Source: an uncultured Dehalococcoidaceae bacterium (lineage in GTDB: Bacteria; Chloroflexota; Dehalococcoidia; Dehalococcoidales; RBG-16-60-22). From it: 64,000 nt of DNA. A program made the translations under genes and the position numbers. The notes under the pieces were generated by a model that was given only the letters and a program-made list of their open reading frames with translations, had not been told where the DNA came from and did no database searches. Position 1 is the stretch's first letter. The number at the start of each line of letters is the position of its first letter. The stretch covers positions 3,182 through 67,181 of the forward strand of contig CAZBMB010000005.1 of assembly GCA_964493435.1 (NCBI GenBank), written 5' to 3'. Of the stretch, positions 8,977 to 18,061 are shown piece after piece.

Positions 8977-9543
8977 ATGACGAAAAATAAACTCACCGAA
9001 ATCAGATGGCATGGCCGCGGTGGCCAGGGTGCCGTTACCTCGGCGGAGCTGGTGGCCCAGGCGGCTATCGGCGAAGGCAAATATGCCCAGGCGTTTCCCA
9101 GCTTCACCCCGGAGAGAAGAGGCGCGCCGGTTCTGGCCTTCAACCGCATCAATCCCGATGCGCCCATACGAACCAGAGCTGAGGTTGATCAGCCTGATGT
9201 GGTCCTGATTATGGACCCCAGTCTGCTATCAATTCTGGACGCAACCTCCGGACTAAAAGAAGGCGGCACGGTCATCATCAATACCAAGAAATCAACGGCC
9301 CAGGTAAGAAAAGAGCTCGGCATTAAGGCCAGGCTGGCCCTCGTTGATGCCGATACCATAGCTCAGGAAACACTGGGCGTGAATATCGTCAACACAACCA
9401 TGATCGGTGCCATGATAAAAGCGACCGGCGTAATTTCTTCCGAATCGGTGAAGGAGCCTCTGGAAAAGCGCTTTGGACGCCTGGGAGAGCGCAATTTCAA
9501 AGCAATGGAACGAGCGGTTAAGGAAACCAGAATAGGAGAGTAG
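8977..9543 (+). CDS. porC: pyruvate/2-oxoacid:ferredoxin oxidoreductase gamma subunit
   Basis: EIRWHGRGGQGAVT and ERRGAPV motifs. Confidence 0.92.
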   Translation: MTKNKLTEIRWHGRGGQGAVTSAELVAQAAIGEGKYAQAFPSFTPERRGAPVLAFNRINPDAPIRTRAEVDQPDVVLIMDPSLLSILDATSGLKEGGTVIINTKKSTAQVRKELGIKARLALVDADTIAQETLGVNIVNTTMIGAMIKATGVISSESVKEPLEKRFGRLGERNFKAMERAVKETRIGE

Positions 9544-9548
9544 CGGGA

Positions 9549-9866
9549 ATGGCAAAGGCAAAAACGAAAGAGAAGCCACGAGCAAAAGGTGAACTGGGCT
9601 GGAAAGAAGTAGAAATCGGCTGCTTCATTACCGAACCGGGTAACTCGACTGAGGTAAGAACCGGTGACTGGAAGTCGCGCCGACCAGTAGTTGACTTTGA
9701 TAAATGCAATAAATGTACCCTGTGTTACTTCTTCTGTCCCGAGGGGTGTATCGCTAAAAACAAGGACGGATTCTTTGAAGCCGACCTATTTTACTGTAAG
9801 GGCTGTGGGATTTGCGCCACGGAATGTCCCAAAGATGCAATCACCATGGCTGAGGAGGCGAAGTAA
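9549..9866 (+). CDS. porD: pyruvate/2-oxoacid:ferredoxin oxidoreductase delta subunit (2x[4Fe-4S])
   Basis: RTGDWK.RRP, CNKCTLCYFFCP and CKGCGICATECP motifs. Confidence 0.93.
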   Translation: MAKAKTKEKPRAKGELGWKEVEIGCFITEPGNSTEVRTGDWKSRRPVVDFDKCNKCTLCYFFCPEGCIAKNKDGFFEADLFYCKGCGICATECPKDAITMAEEAK

Positions 9867-11041
9867 TGGCGAAACGTGAAGGCCTGGAAGTATCGGTTGC
9901 CGTCGGTGATGCCGCCATGCTGTCCGATGTTGATGTTGTATCCGCTTACCCGATAACTCCACAGACACATATCGTGGAGCACCTGGCAGAGCTGGTCGCC
10001 AATGGCGAATTGAAAGCTGCCTATATTCCGGTGGAATCGGAACACTCGGCGATGAGCGCCTGCCTCGGCGCGGCCGCAGTGGGCGCCAGAACCTTTACCG
10101 CCACCGCCTCTCAGGGGCTGGAACTGATGCATGAGGTGCTCTATGTTGCCTCGGCCATGCGGTTCCCCATAGTTATGACAGTGGCCAACCGCGCCCTGTC
10201 CGCACCCATCAGCATCTGGGGCGACCATTCCGATGTCATGGCAACGCGAGATTGCGGCTGGATACAGATATTCGTGGAAAACGGGCAGGAGGCGGTGGAT
10301 AACGTCATCTGCGCTTTCCGCATGGGTGAAGATAAGAGAGTCCTGCTCCCGGTGATGATACATCTCGACGGGTTTGCCCTGACCCACGTCATTGAACCGA
10401 TTGAACTTCCAGACAAAAAGGACGTGGACCGATTTCTACCGCCTTTCAAATACCCTCTGCCGCTGGACCCGAAAAAGCCCGTCACCATGGGCGCTCTGGG
10501 CTCGCCATTTATCTACACCGAAGTGAAATGGGCGCAGGAAATAAATCTGGAAAAAGCCAAGGATGTGGTGCTGGAAACCTGGCAGGAATTCGGCAAGGCC
10601 TTCGGTCGTACCTATTCGCCGATGGAACAATACCGGACCGAGGGTGCCAAAGTCCTGCTGCTGACGATGGGCAGTTACAGCGAAACGGCCATGGTGGCCG
10701 TGGACAAGATGAGGGGTGACGGCAAGGAGGTGGGGCTGCTTAAGCTCCGCCTGTGGCGTCCGTTCCCATACCAGGAACTGCGAAAGGCGGCGAAGAACGC
10801 CGATGCGCTCATCGTGCTGGATAGAGCCATATCCTTCGGCGGGCCGGGCGGCCCGGTCTGTTCCGAGGTAAAGGCAGCCCTGTATGCAGAAGCGAAGAGG
10901 CCAAAAGTAATCGGCTTTGTGGGCGGTCTGGGCGGCAGGGACATTTCCATGGCCGGCTTTGAGGAAATGGTGGGGCGCGGCATTGAAATCGCCCGGACAG
11001 GAAGCAAGCGCGAATTTGAAATCTACGGAGTGAGGGAATAG
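9866..11041 (+). CDS. porA: pyruvate/2-oxoacid:ferredoxin oxidoreductase alpha subunit
   Basis: AYPITPQT, ESEHSAMS and TATASQGL motifs. Confidence 0.93.
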   Translation: MAKREGLEVSVAVGDAAMLSDVDVVSAYPITPQTHIVEHLAELVANGELKAAYIPVESEHSAMSACLGAAAVGARTFTATASQGLELMHEVLYVASAMRFPIVMTVANRALSAPISIWGDHSDVMATRDCGWIQIFVENGQEAVDNVICAFRMGEDKRVLLPVMIHLDGFALTHVIEPIELPDKKDVDRFLPPFKYPLPLDPKKPVTMGALGSPFIYTEVKWAQEINLEKAKDVVLETWQEFGKAFGRTYSPMEQYRTEGAKVLLLTMGSYSETAMVAVDKMRGDGKEVGLLKLRLWRPFPYQELRKAAKNADALIVLDRAISFGGPGGPVCSEVKAALYAEAKRPKVIGFVGGLGGRDISMAGFEEMVGRGIEIARTGSKREFEIYGVRE

Positions 11042-11043
11042 AG

Positions 11044-11988
11044 ATGGCAACAGCAGTACATGGACCCGGCATAATTACCGAGTTGGAGCCTTTTGCCCCT
11101 GGACACCGTGCCTGCAGCGGTTGCGGCGAGGCGCTGGCAGTTAGGCTGGTGGCCAAAGCCATTGGCGATAACGCCATCATCGTGAACGCGACCGGATGTA
11201 TGGAAGTAATCGCCTCGCCGTTCCCTTATACTTCCTGGCGTTTTCCCTGGATTCATACCCTGTTTGAAAACGCAGCCGCCGTAGCTTCTGGTGCCGAAGC
11301 TGGCATCAAGTCTATGGTGAAAAAAGGTAAAATGACGGAACGCAATATCAAAATCGTGGCGCTGGCCGGCGACGGCGGCACCAGCGACATTGGCCTGCAG
11401 GCCCTGTCCGGCGCCCTGGAAAGAGGACACGACTTCGTTTATGTCTGTCTGGACAACGAGGCCTATATGAATACCGGTATCCAGCGGTCTTCGGCCACGC
11501 CGTACGGAGCTTCAACCACCACTTCGCCCGCGGGCAAAGAAAGCCTGGGCCAGATAACCTGGAAGAAGAATATGTCGGCGATTGCGGTGGCGCATGACAT
11601 ACCATATGTAGCCACCGCCTGTCCCAGTTACCACCGTGATTTGATGAGAAAGGTCGCCAAGGCGGTGACAACCCCCGGCGCAGCCTATGTCCACATTTTG
11701 TCTGTCTGCCCCACGGGCTGGCGGTGCCCGACCGACGATGCCATAAAAGTCGGCCGGCTGGCGGTACGGACGGGGATTTTCCCGCTGTATGAGGTGGAAA
11801 ACGGTCAGTACAAGCTGAGCCTGAGCCTGAGCAAGCTGGAGCCGGTGGAAACTTACCTGAAAACGCAGGGCCGATTCCGCCACCTGACAGAAGGTACCAT
11901 AAAAGAAATACAGGAGAGAGTGACCCGGGAATACAACAAGTTGGTGGAACTGGCCGGCAAATCAGGTGGGGAAGCTGCCTCCGAATAG
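11044..11988 (+). CDS. porB: pyruvate/2-oxoacid:ferredoxin oxidoreductase beta subunit
   Basis: GHRACSGCG, GDGGT.DIG and DNEAYMNTGIQRS (TPP-binding) motifs. Confidence 0.93.
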   Translation: MATAVHGPGIITELEPFAPGHRACSGCGEALAVRLVAKAIGDNAIIVNATGCMEVIASPFPYTSWRFPWIHTLFENAAAVASGAEAGIKSMVKKGKMTERNIKIVALAGDGGTSDIGLQALSGALERGHDFVYVCLDNEAYMNTGIQRSSATPYGASTTTSPAGKESLGQITWKKNMSAIAVAHDIPYVATACPSYHRDLMRKVAKAVTTPGAAYVHILSVCPTGWRCPTDDAIKVGRLAVRTGIFPLYEVENGQYKLSLSLSKLEPVETYLKTQGRFRHLTEGTIKEIQERVTREYNKLVELAGKSGGEAASE

Positions 11989-12012
11989 CCAGTTATGGTA
12001 ATATCATAGTGG

Positions 12013-12090
12013 CGGGGTGTGGCGCAGTCCGGTTAGCGCGCATGGTTTGGGACCATGAGGTCGGAGGTTCAAATCCTCTCACCCCGACCA
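12013..12090 (+). tRNA. tRNA-Pro(TGG)
   Basis: CGGGGTG/CACCCCG acceptor, CATGG-TTTGGGA-CCATG anticodon arm, encoded CCA. Confidence 0.96.
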
Positions 12091-12095
12091 TTCGC

Positions 12096-13004
12096 TTATA
12101 GTGCAATATTCAGCAGGGACGGCAGGATATAGATGCGGGCTGGTAGCCCTCCGAGCAGCTCACCATCAGCTTGAATAGAGACCGACTCGTCCGACCTTAT
12201 CTCTATCTCTCTGGCCCTTTTCAATGTTACCTTTGGATGTGTCAGATGAGTCCCCCGGTACACTCTTGGCAGAGACCAGAGCAGGTCTGGCTTGCTCAGG
12301 TCACCAATGATGAGCACATCAAGCAGGCCATCGGTGATATCTGCCTCGGGTGCGGCGAACATGCCACCGCCGCCGTACTTACCGTTGCTCAACAGGACAG
12401 AGCAGACCTTCTGTTCAATAGCTTCACCATCGACATTTAGTGTCACCATTTTGTTTTTATAGAACATAAGGGCGGAGAGCAGTCCGGCAAGATAAGAGAC
12501 AGTAGCGTTCATTTTTTTATATTTCAATGTCGTCGTTCTCACGATTTCGGCATCAAATCCCACACCGGCAAAATTGACAAACAATTGTCTTATCGTCTCG
12601 CCGCCGTCAAGATATTCAACCACACCAACATCCACGGCAACTTTCCGCGGGTCTTTCAGGCGCTGGCAAGCTTCCAAGTGTGACCTGGGTACCCCGATGG
12701 TACGAATATAATCGCCGCCGGTACCGGTGCCAATAATGCCGAACATGACATCGCCAATACTGCCGGCATCGTACAGGCCATTAACCACCTCATTGATAGT
12801 GCCGTCGCCTCCCACGGAAACCACCAGCTCATAGCCTCCCGCCACCGCATGTTTTGCCAACTCTCGGGCATGACCTGGCGCCTCGGTGATATCGTAGTCA
12901 AACCGCAGGTCAATGCTCTGCAGGCGGGCCATAATATCAGGCCATTTCTGGGCTGTCTTGCCGGCCCCGGCAGCAGGGTTAACAATCATTCTGGCGTAGG
13001 TCAA
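12096..13004 (-). CDS. diacylglycerol kinase-family lipid kinase (YegS/BmrU-like)
   Basis: IVNPAAG, SVGGDGTINEV, GTGGDY and QADGE motifs; TTG start. Confidence 0.9.
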   Translation of the reverse strand: MTYARMIVNPAAGAGKTAQKWPDIMARLQSIDLRFDYDITEAPGHARELAKHAVAGGYELVVSVGGDGTINEVVNGLYDAGSIGDVMFGIIGTGTGGDYIRTIGVPRSHLEACQRLKDPRKVAVDVGVVEYLDGGETIRQLFVNFAGVGFDAEIVRTTTLKYKKMNATVSYLAGLLSALMFYKNKMVTLNVDGEAIEQKVCSVLLSNGKYGGGGMFAAPEADITDGLLDVLIIGDLSKPDLLWSLPRVYRGTHLTHPKVTLKRAREIEIRSDESVSIQADGELLGGLPARIYILPSLLNIAL

Positions 13005-13091
13005 TCTCCCCCCTCACGGCAAGATAAACGTGTGGTAACAACAGTATACCATAGGGCAGACGGGGGCGAAGCAGTTTACATAAATACGTTA

Positions 13092-13120
13092 TTGACAGTA
13101 ACTGTCGAAGCTGCTAGAAT
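13092..13120 (+). promoter_or_regulatory. sigma70 promoter of the hisF / glutamate synthase-like operon
   Basis: TTGACA, 17 bp, TAGAAT with TG extended -10. Confidence 0.75.
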
Positions 13121-13184
13121 GGCTCGGTTTATTTACTACGGCAAGCGGTTGCCATGTGCCACATTTTTATTCCGAGGTTTAAGA

Positions 13185-13952
13185 ATGGAAGCAGTCAGAG
13201 TTATACCCTGCCTAGATGTAAAAGAGGGCAGGGTGGTCAAGGGAGTGAACTTCGTCAACCTGCGTGATGCCCGTGACCCGGTGGAAGCTGCCGAGGCGTA
13301 CTGTCGGGAGGGGGCTGATGAACTCGTTTTCCTGGACATCATGGCCACGGTAGAGAATCGTGGCACCATGCGGGAGTGGGTGAAAAAAGTAGCCGAAAGG
13401 GTGACTATACCCTTCGCGGTTGGCGGCGGCATTAGAAATACCCAGGACATGAAAGAGCTGTTTGAGCTTGGGGTTGCCAAGGTCTCCATCAACACCGCGG
13501 CGGTAAAGAATCCGGAGCTTATCCGGCAGGCTGTTGCCGAATTCGGAAAAGATAAGCTGGTGGTGGCCATTGATGGTCGAAAAAATGCCGAAGGCAGCAA
13601 TCTACCCAGGCTGGAGGTCGTTGTTAAAAGCGGCGAAGAGGCGACGGGGATGGACATTGTCGCCTGGGCCAAAAAAGTTGCCGAGCTTGGAGCGGGTGAA
13701 ATCCTGCTCACCAGCAAGGACACCGACGGCACCAAAGAGGGCTATGACCTGGAGATGACCAGGGCAGTGGCCGAGGCCGTCGCCATACCGGTTATCGCCT
13801 CAGGAGGCGCGGGAAAGCTGGAACATCTCTATCAAGCCGTAACTACTGGGAAGGCTGCCGCTGTTCTGGCGGCCTCAATTTTTCACTTTGGCGAGATAAC
13901 CATATCGGAAGCAAAGAGGTATCTCCACGACAGGGGAATACCGGTCAAGTAA
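13185..13952 (+). CDS. hisF: imidazole glycerol phosphate synthase cyclase subunit
   Basis: VIPCLDV..GRVVKG, ADELVFLDI, PFAVGGGIR, VAIDG, GYDLE, IASGGAG and ASIFH motifs. Start set at ATG 13185; the ORF-track extension to 12849 overlaps the opposite-strand gene and the promoter. Confidence 0.92.
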   Translation: MEAVRVIPCLDVKEGRVVKGVNFVNLRDARDPVEAAEAYCREGADELVFLDIMATVENRGTMREWVKKVAERVTIPFAVGGGIRNTQDMKELFELGVAKVSINTAAVKNPELIRQAVAEFGKDKLVVAIDGRKNAEGSNLPRLEVVVKSGEEATGMDIVAWAKKVAELGAGEILLTSKDTDGTKEGYDLEMTRAVAEAVAIPVIASGGAGKLEHLYQAVTTGKAAAVLAASIFHFGEITISEAKRYLHDRGIPVK

Positions 13953-13979
13953 TAAAAATATTACAAAGGAGTCCTGAAA

Positions 13980-15569
13980 ATGAACCTGCAAAGACCAAAT
14001 GCCAATGATGCCACCAGATCAGCAAATCGCTCCCGAAGCGTGGCGCCGATGAGCGGACTATGTAGTCGGTGTCTTGACGGATGTACCGGAAACTGCGAGG
14101 TATTCCGGGCGACCTTCAGGGGACGGGAGCTTATCTACCCCGGTCCATTCGGCGACGTTACCGCTGGCGCTGATAAGGAGTATCCGGTTGATTACTCCCA
14201 CCTGAATATTCAGGGGTACGCCCTAGGTGCAAAAGGTCTGCCTTCCGGGGTTGAAGGTAATCCAGATACGGCCATCTTCCCCGCGGTGGACACGGAGACG
14301 GCATATGGCTGGGATATCAAAGTCAAAATGAAACTGCCAGCCTTTACTGGCGCGCTCGGTTCCACCGAGATTGCGCGCAAGAACTGGGAGCATTTTGCCA
14401 TAGGCGCTGCCATCGGTGGCGTCACACTGGTCTGTGGCGAGAATGTATGCGGTATTGACCCCAAGCTTGAACTTGATGCGAAAGGCAAAGTGACCTCAGC
14501 ACCGGATATGGACCGCCGCATTGAAACCTACCGCCGCTATCACCAGGGTTACGGTGAAATACTGGTCCAGATGAACGTGGAAGATACCCGGCTTGGCGTT
14601 GCCGAGTACGTAAACAAAAAACATGGTCTGGAGACAATTGAGTTGAAATGGGGACAGGGTGCCAAGTGCATTGGTGGTGAAATCAAAGTTGACAGCCTGG
14701 AGCGGGCACAGGAGCTGCAGAAACGCGGCTATATAGTAACTCCTGACCCTTCCAACCCGGTAACACAGGCAGCCTATAAAGATGGCGCCCTCAAAGAATT
14801 CGAGCGCCACAGTCGACTCGGATTTGTTGATGAGGAAAATTTTCATGCTGAAATCAAACGATTGAGAGAAGTGGGATTCAAGCGCATCACCCTCAAGACC
14901 GGCGCCTACAGCCTGCGTGAGCTGGCTATGGCCATAAAATGGGGCGCCGATGCTAAGATTGACCTGCTCACCATTGATGGCGCTTCCGGCGGCACTGGTA
15001 TGAGCCCCTGGCGCATGATGGAAGAGTGGGGCATCCCGAGCCTTTACCTGCACGCCGCTGCCTATGAGTTCTGCAAGAAGCTGGCAGATAAAGGCCAGCG
15101 CGTGCCCGATATCGCCTTCGCCGGTGGCTTCAGCAGTGAAGACGGCATATTCAAAGCACTTGCTCTCGGCTCACCGTTCGTGAAGGCGGTATGTATCGGG
15201 CGGGCGATGATGATACCGGGCATGGTCGGCAAGAACATCGCCAACTGGATTAAGGAAGGCAAGCTGCCCAACACCGTAAGCCAATTTGGCTCCACACCAG
15301 AGGAAATCTTCATCAATTACGAAGATGTCATGGACATCGTCGGAGCCGGCGAAATGAAGAATATCCCACTGGGCGCGGTGGGCATATACAGCTACTGCGA
15401 AAAATTGCGGACCGGACTCCAGCAAATAATGGCTGGAGCAAGATGCTTCAGCGTGCCTGCGATCACCCGACGCGAACTCATGTCGCTGACTGAGGAGTGC
15501 GCCAAAGTAACCGGGATTCCCTATCTGATGGAAGCATACCGGGAAGAGGCCATGAAAATCCTCGGCTAA
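13980..15569 (+). CDS. stand-alone FMN-binding glutamate synthase-family protein (GltB domain 2-like)
   Basis: IELKWGQGAK..GG, LKTGAY, LTIDGASGGTG and AFAGG motifs of the GltB FMN barrel; N-terminal CxxCxxxCxxxC; no amidotransferase domain. Confidence 0.85.
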   Translation: MNLQRPNANDATRSANRSRSVAPMSGLCSRCLDGCTGNCEVFRATFRGRELIYPGPFGDVTAGADKEYPVDYSHLNIQGYALGAKGLPSGVEGNPDTAIFPAVDTETAYGWDIKVKMKLPAFTGALGSTEIARKNWEHFAIGAAIGGVTLVCGENVCGIDPKLELDAKGKVTSAPDMDRRIETYRRYHQGYGEILVQMNVEDTRLGVAEYVNKKHGLETIELKWGQGAKCIGGEIKVDSLERAQELQKRGYIVTPDPSNPVTQAAYKDGALKEFERHSRLGFVDEENFHAEIKRLREVGFKRITLKTGAYSLRELAMAIKWGADAKIDLLTIDGASGGTGMSPWRMMEEWGIPSLYLHAAAYEFCKKLADKGQRVPDIAFAGGFSSEDGIFKALALGSPFVKAVCIGRAMMIPGMVGKNIANWIKEGKLPNTVSQFGSTPEEIFINYEDVMDIVGAGEMKNIPLGAVGIYSYCEKLRTGLQQIMAGARCFSVPAITRRELMSLTEECAKVTGIPYLMEAYREEAMKILG

Positions 15570-15585
15570 AAATAACTATCCGGCG

Positions 15586-15621
15586 GCGGGCTTCGCAGTA
15601 GGCGAAGCCCGCTTTATTTTT
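15586..15621 (+). terminator. intrinsic terminator
   Basis: perfect 11-bp stem GCGGGCTTCGC/GCGAAGCCCGC, 5-nt loop, followed by TTTATTTTT. Confidence 0.9.
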
Positions 15622-15726
15622 GCAGCGCGCTTTCGCAATCCGAAACACACAACCCAAAAACCGACTTGCACTTACTTCTTGTTTATGGGAAACCTTCCAT
15701 AGTAAAATCTCCTGAAGGGAACTGCC

Positions 15727-16716
15727 ATGGAACCATACCAGCGCTTTATACGCATTGGTTTGCTGCTTTTACTGGTCATTATCGCCGGTACCATCGGTTA
15801 CACGGTGATTGAACGCTGGCCATTTCTTGATGCCGTCTATATGACCATTATCACCATAAGCACCGTTGGCTATAATGAAATACATCCTCTCTCCACTACG
15901 GGAAGAGTGTTCAGCAGTGCGCTGATTGTTGGGGGGGTGGGGGTTATGCTGTACAGCGCCACCGCTCTTGTTCAATACGTCATTGAAGGTCATTTTCCGA
16001 ATATCTTCGGGAGGCACAGAATGAAAGAGAAAATTGAGAAATTAAGTGAGCATATTATCCTGTGCGGCTACGGAAGGGTCGGGCAGGAAGTAGCTCAGGT
16101 GTTTGACAATGAAGGCGCGGCTTTTGTGGTCATTGATGAAAATGAAGCGGCAACCGCCAAGGCAGTTGAAAATGGCCACCTGTGTTTGCAGGGAGATGCA
16201 ACCAGTGATGACATCCTGGAACAGGCGGGTATCCGCGGAGCAAAAGGGCTGGTGGCAGCACTGGACAGCGATGCTGATAATATCTACCTGACTCTTTCGG
16301 CGAAGGCGTTGCGGCCCAAGCTATTCGTGGTGGCGCGTGGCAGCACCGATGAATCGGAGGCCAAATTGAAAAGAGCCGGTGCCGACCGGGTTATTTTGCC
16401 CTACAGTATCGGAGGTCGGCACATGGCAATGCTCACACTGAGACCACTTGTCGTCGACTTTATCGACACGACCATGCACAGTCGCGGCCGGGAACTGATA
16501 TTGGAAAATGTGAGAGTTACTCCTGAATCACCACTCGCTGATGTAACGGTGAAAGAGGGATTAGGCCGTTGCGGCGCCACGGCTATTTTAGCGGTCAGGA
16601 AAAAGAGCGGCAGGTTAATCCCCAACCCACCGGATGATACACCCCTTGAAATCGATGATGAGCTGGTCATTATCGGCACGCGGGAGCAACTGCGCGTGGT
16701 GGAGGGTTCGGTATAG
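15727..16716 (+). CDS. two-TM potassium channel with RCK (TrkA-N/TrkA-C) domains
   Basis: pore helix DAVYMTIITISTVGY, GYGRVG Rossmann motif, C-terminal TrkA-C (IPNPPDDTPLEIDDELVIIG). Confidence 0.88.
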   Translation: MEPYQRFIRIGLLLLLVIIAGTIGYTVIERWPFLDAVYMTIITISTVGYNEIHPLSTTGRVFSSALIVGGVGVMLYSATALVQYVIEGHFPNIFGRHRMKEKIEKLSEHIILCGYGRVGQEVAQVFDNEGAAFVVIDENEAATAKAVENGHLCLQGDATSDDILEQAGIRGAKGLVAALDSDADNIYLTLSAKALRPKLFVVARGSTDESEAKLKRAGADRVILPYSIGGRHMAMLTLRPLVVDFIDTTMHSRGRELILENVRVTPESPLADVTVKEGLGRCGATAILAVRKKSGRLIPNPPDDTPLEIDDELVIIGTREQLRVVEGSV

Positions 16717-16759
16717 CGAATTTAACTGAGGTTGAGTTGAAACAGGAGGGAAATTAACA

Positions 16760-16921
16760 ATGGCGCGCTACGAGTGTTCGGTCTGCGGTTATATCTATGA
16801 CCCGGCACAGGGAGACCCTGATAACAACGTTCCAGCTGGAACGCCCTTTGAAAAATTACCCGATGACTGGGTCTGCCCTGTCTGCGGTGCCGAAAAGGAC
16901 CAGTTCAATAAAATAGACTGA
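16760..16921 (+). CDS. rub: rubredoxin (53 aa; below the ORF-track size cutoff)
   Basis: hand translation [53 protein letters not shown]; RBS AGGAGG. Confidence 0.96.
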   Translation: MARYECSVCGYIYDPAQGDPDNNVPAGTPFEKLPDDWVCPVCGAEKDQFNKID

Positions 16922-16933
16922 ATATATTAAAAA

Positions 16934-18052
16934 TTATCTGAGCACCTTTTGGTAACAGTCCAGAACCCGCTTGGCCACACTCTCCCAGCTGTACTCCCGG
17001 GCTGTAACGATTCCTTTTTGTCCCATCTGCTGTCGCCGGGATTTATCATTGGCCAGGGACAATAGCGCCTCTGCCAGCTGAGGAACATTTTTCGGTGGCA
17101 CCAGCAGTCCTTCAGCATCGTGGGTAAGCACGCTGGCATATCCTGCTATATTTGAGGCCACCACTGCCGTGCCCACTGCCATCGCTTCAATTAAGATGAT
17201 GCCGAAGCTCTCCCATCCGGTAGCCGGACAGCAGACGATATCCGCTGTCCTGTAATACCTGGGCAGGTCACTGTAGGTAGCGTAGCCAATAAAAACGACG
17301 TCCTTTATGCCATCCCGTGCCACCCGTTTTTCGTACTTTTTCCTGAGCCGTATACCCGGCCCAACAACGATGAGCCGTGAGTCAGGTATAGTGCGTTTGA
17401 CCTGCTGGTATGCCTTCAGCAGGTAATCTAGGCCCTTACGCTTCTCCAGACGCCCGATAAACATGATGTTCAGCTTTCCGTCACTATATTCCTCAAGTGG
17501 CTCGACATCGGGCCTGAAGTGGTCGGTGTCAACCCCGTTGGGTATGATGCTGTATTCATCAGGGAAGAATTTGTTCACGTACTCCATGGCTGGTGGAGAG
17601 ACGGCGATTTTATAGTCCAGCTTTCGGAACCACTTTTTGAGGATAAGTTTGCCTATAGGCGTGCCGAAGTCATACCAGGGCTTGCCACCTGAGGCATGGA
17701 AGGTGCCGATGTTAGGAACATTGGACAGGCGCAGCACGGTGGTACAGAGCATTGGCATAAGAGGCTCGTGGAGGTGGACGATTTCAAATTTCTCCCGCTC
17801 CAGCACCCTCTTAATCCGTGATGAAAGCCATGGCGAAAGGGTAATGCGAGCCACTGAACCGCTTACCGGGACTGGCCTGGGACTGCCAATTGGTATAAAG
17901 CGCTCACCCAGAGTGGAAACCGCTTTTGAGGCGGGGGCAATGATTTTCACGTCATGCCCCATTCTGGTCAGTTGCTGTTCTAAATTTGTTATATGATTTA
18001 AGACTCCCCCGGGATAAGCGAAGTCGTAGGGGGAAATCAGGGCTATTTTCAT
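16934..18052 (-). CDS. GT4 glycosyltransferase, PimA-like N-terminus
   Basis: SPYDFAYPGGV, IPNGVD, IGRLEKRKG and ESFGIILIEAMA motifs. Confidence 0.9.
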   Translation of the reverse strand: MKIALISPYDFAYPGGVLNHITNLEQQLTRMGHDVKIIAPASKAVSTLGERFIPIGSPRPVPVSGSVARITLSPWLSSRIKRVLEREKFEIVHLHEPLMPMLCTTVLRLSNVPNIGTFHASGGKPWYDFGTPIGKLILKKWFRKLDYKIAVSPPAMEYVNKFFPDEYSIIPNGVDTDHFRPDVEPLEEYSDGKLNIMFIGRLEKRKGLDYLLKAYQQVKRTIPDSRLIVVGPGIRLRKKYEKRVARDGIKDVVFIGYATYSDLPRYYRTADIVCCPATGWESFGIILIEAMAVGTAVVASNIAGYASVLTHDAEGLLVPPKNVPQLAEALLSLANDKSRRQQMGQKGIVTAREYSWESVAKRVLDCYQKVLR

Positions 18053-18061
18053 ATTACTATT

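Noticed and set aside
8705-9012. ORFs 8705-8980 (+) and 8737-9012 (-)
   Set aside because: They overlap tRNA-Arg and its promoters and show no motif or RBS
13073-13100. alternative dif site at the hisF promoter
   Set aside because: One arm matches (TTATGTAAACT on minus) but the other arm is the -35 region with no XerC-like sequence
13123-13176. three-way-junction riboswitch in the hisF leader (CTCGG/CCGAG closing stem hiding the RBS)
   Set aside because: The 5' strand lies mostly upstream of the predicted transcription start, and no known aptamer consensus matches
12849-13184. 112-aa N-terminal extension of HisF in the ORF track
   Set aside because: Overlaps the opposite-strand lipid kinase gene and the TTGACA-N17-TAGAAT promoter; homology starts at MEAVRVIPCLD
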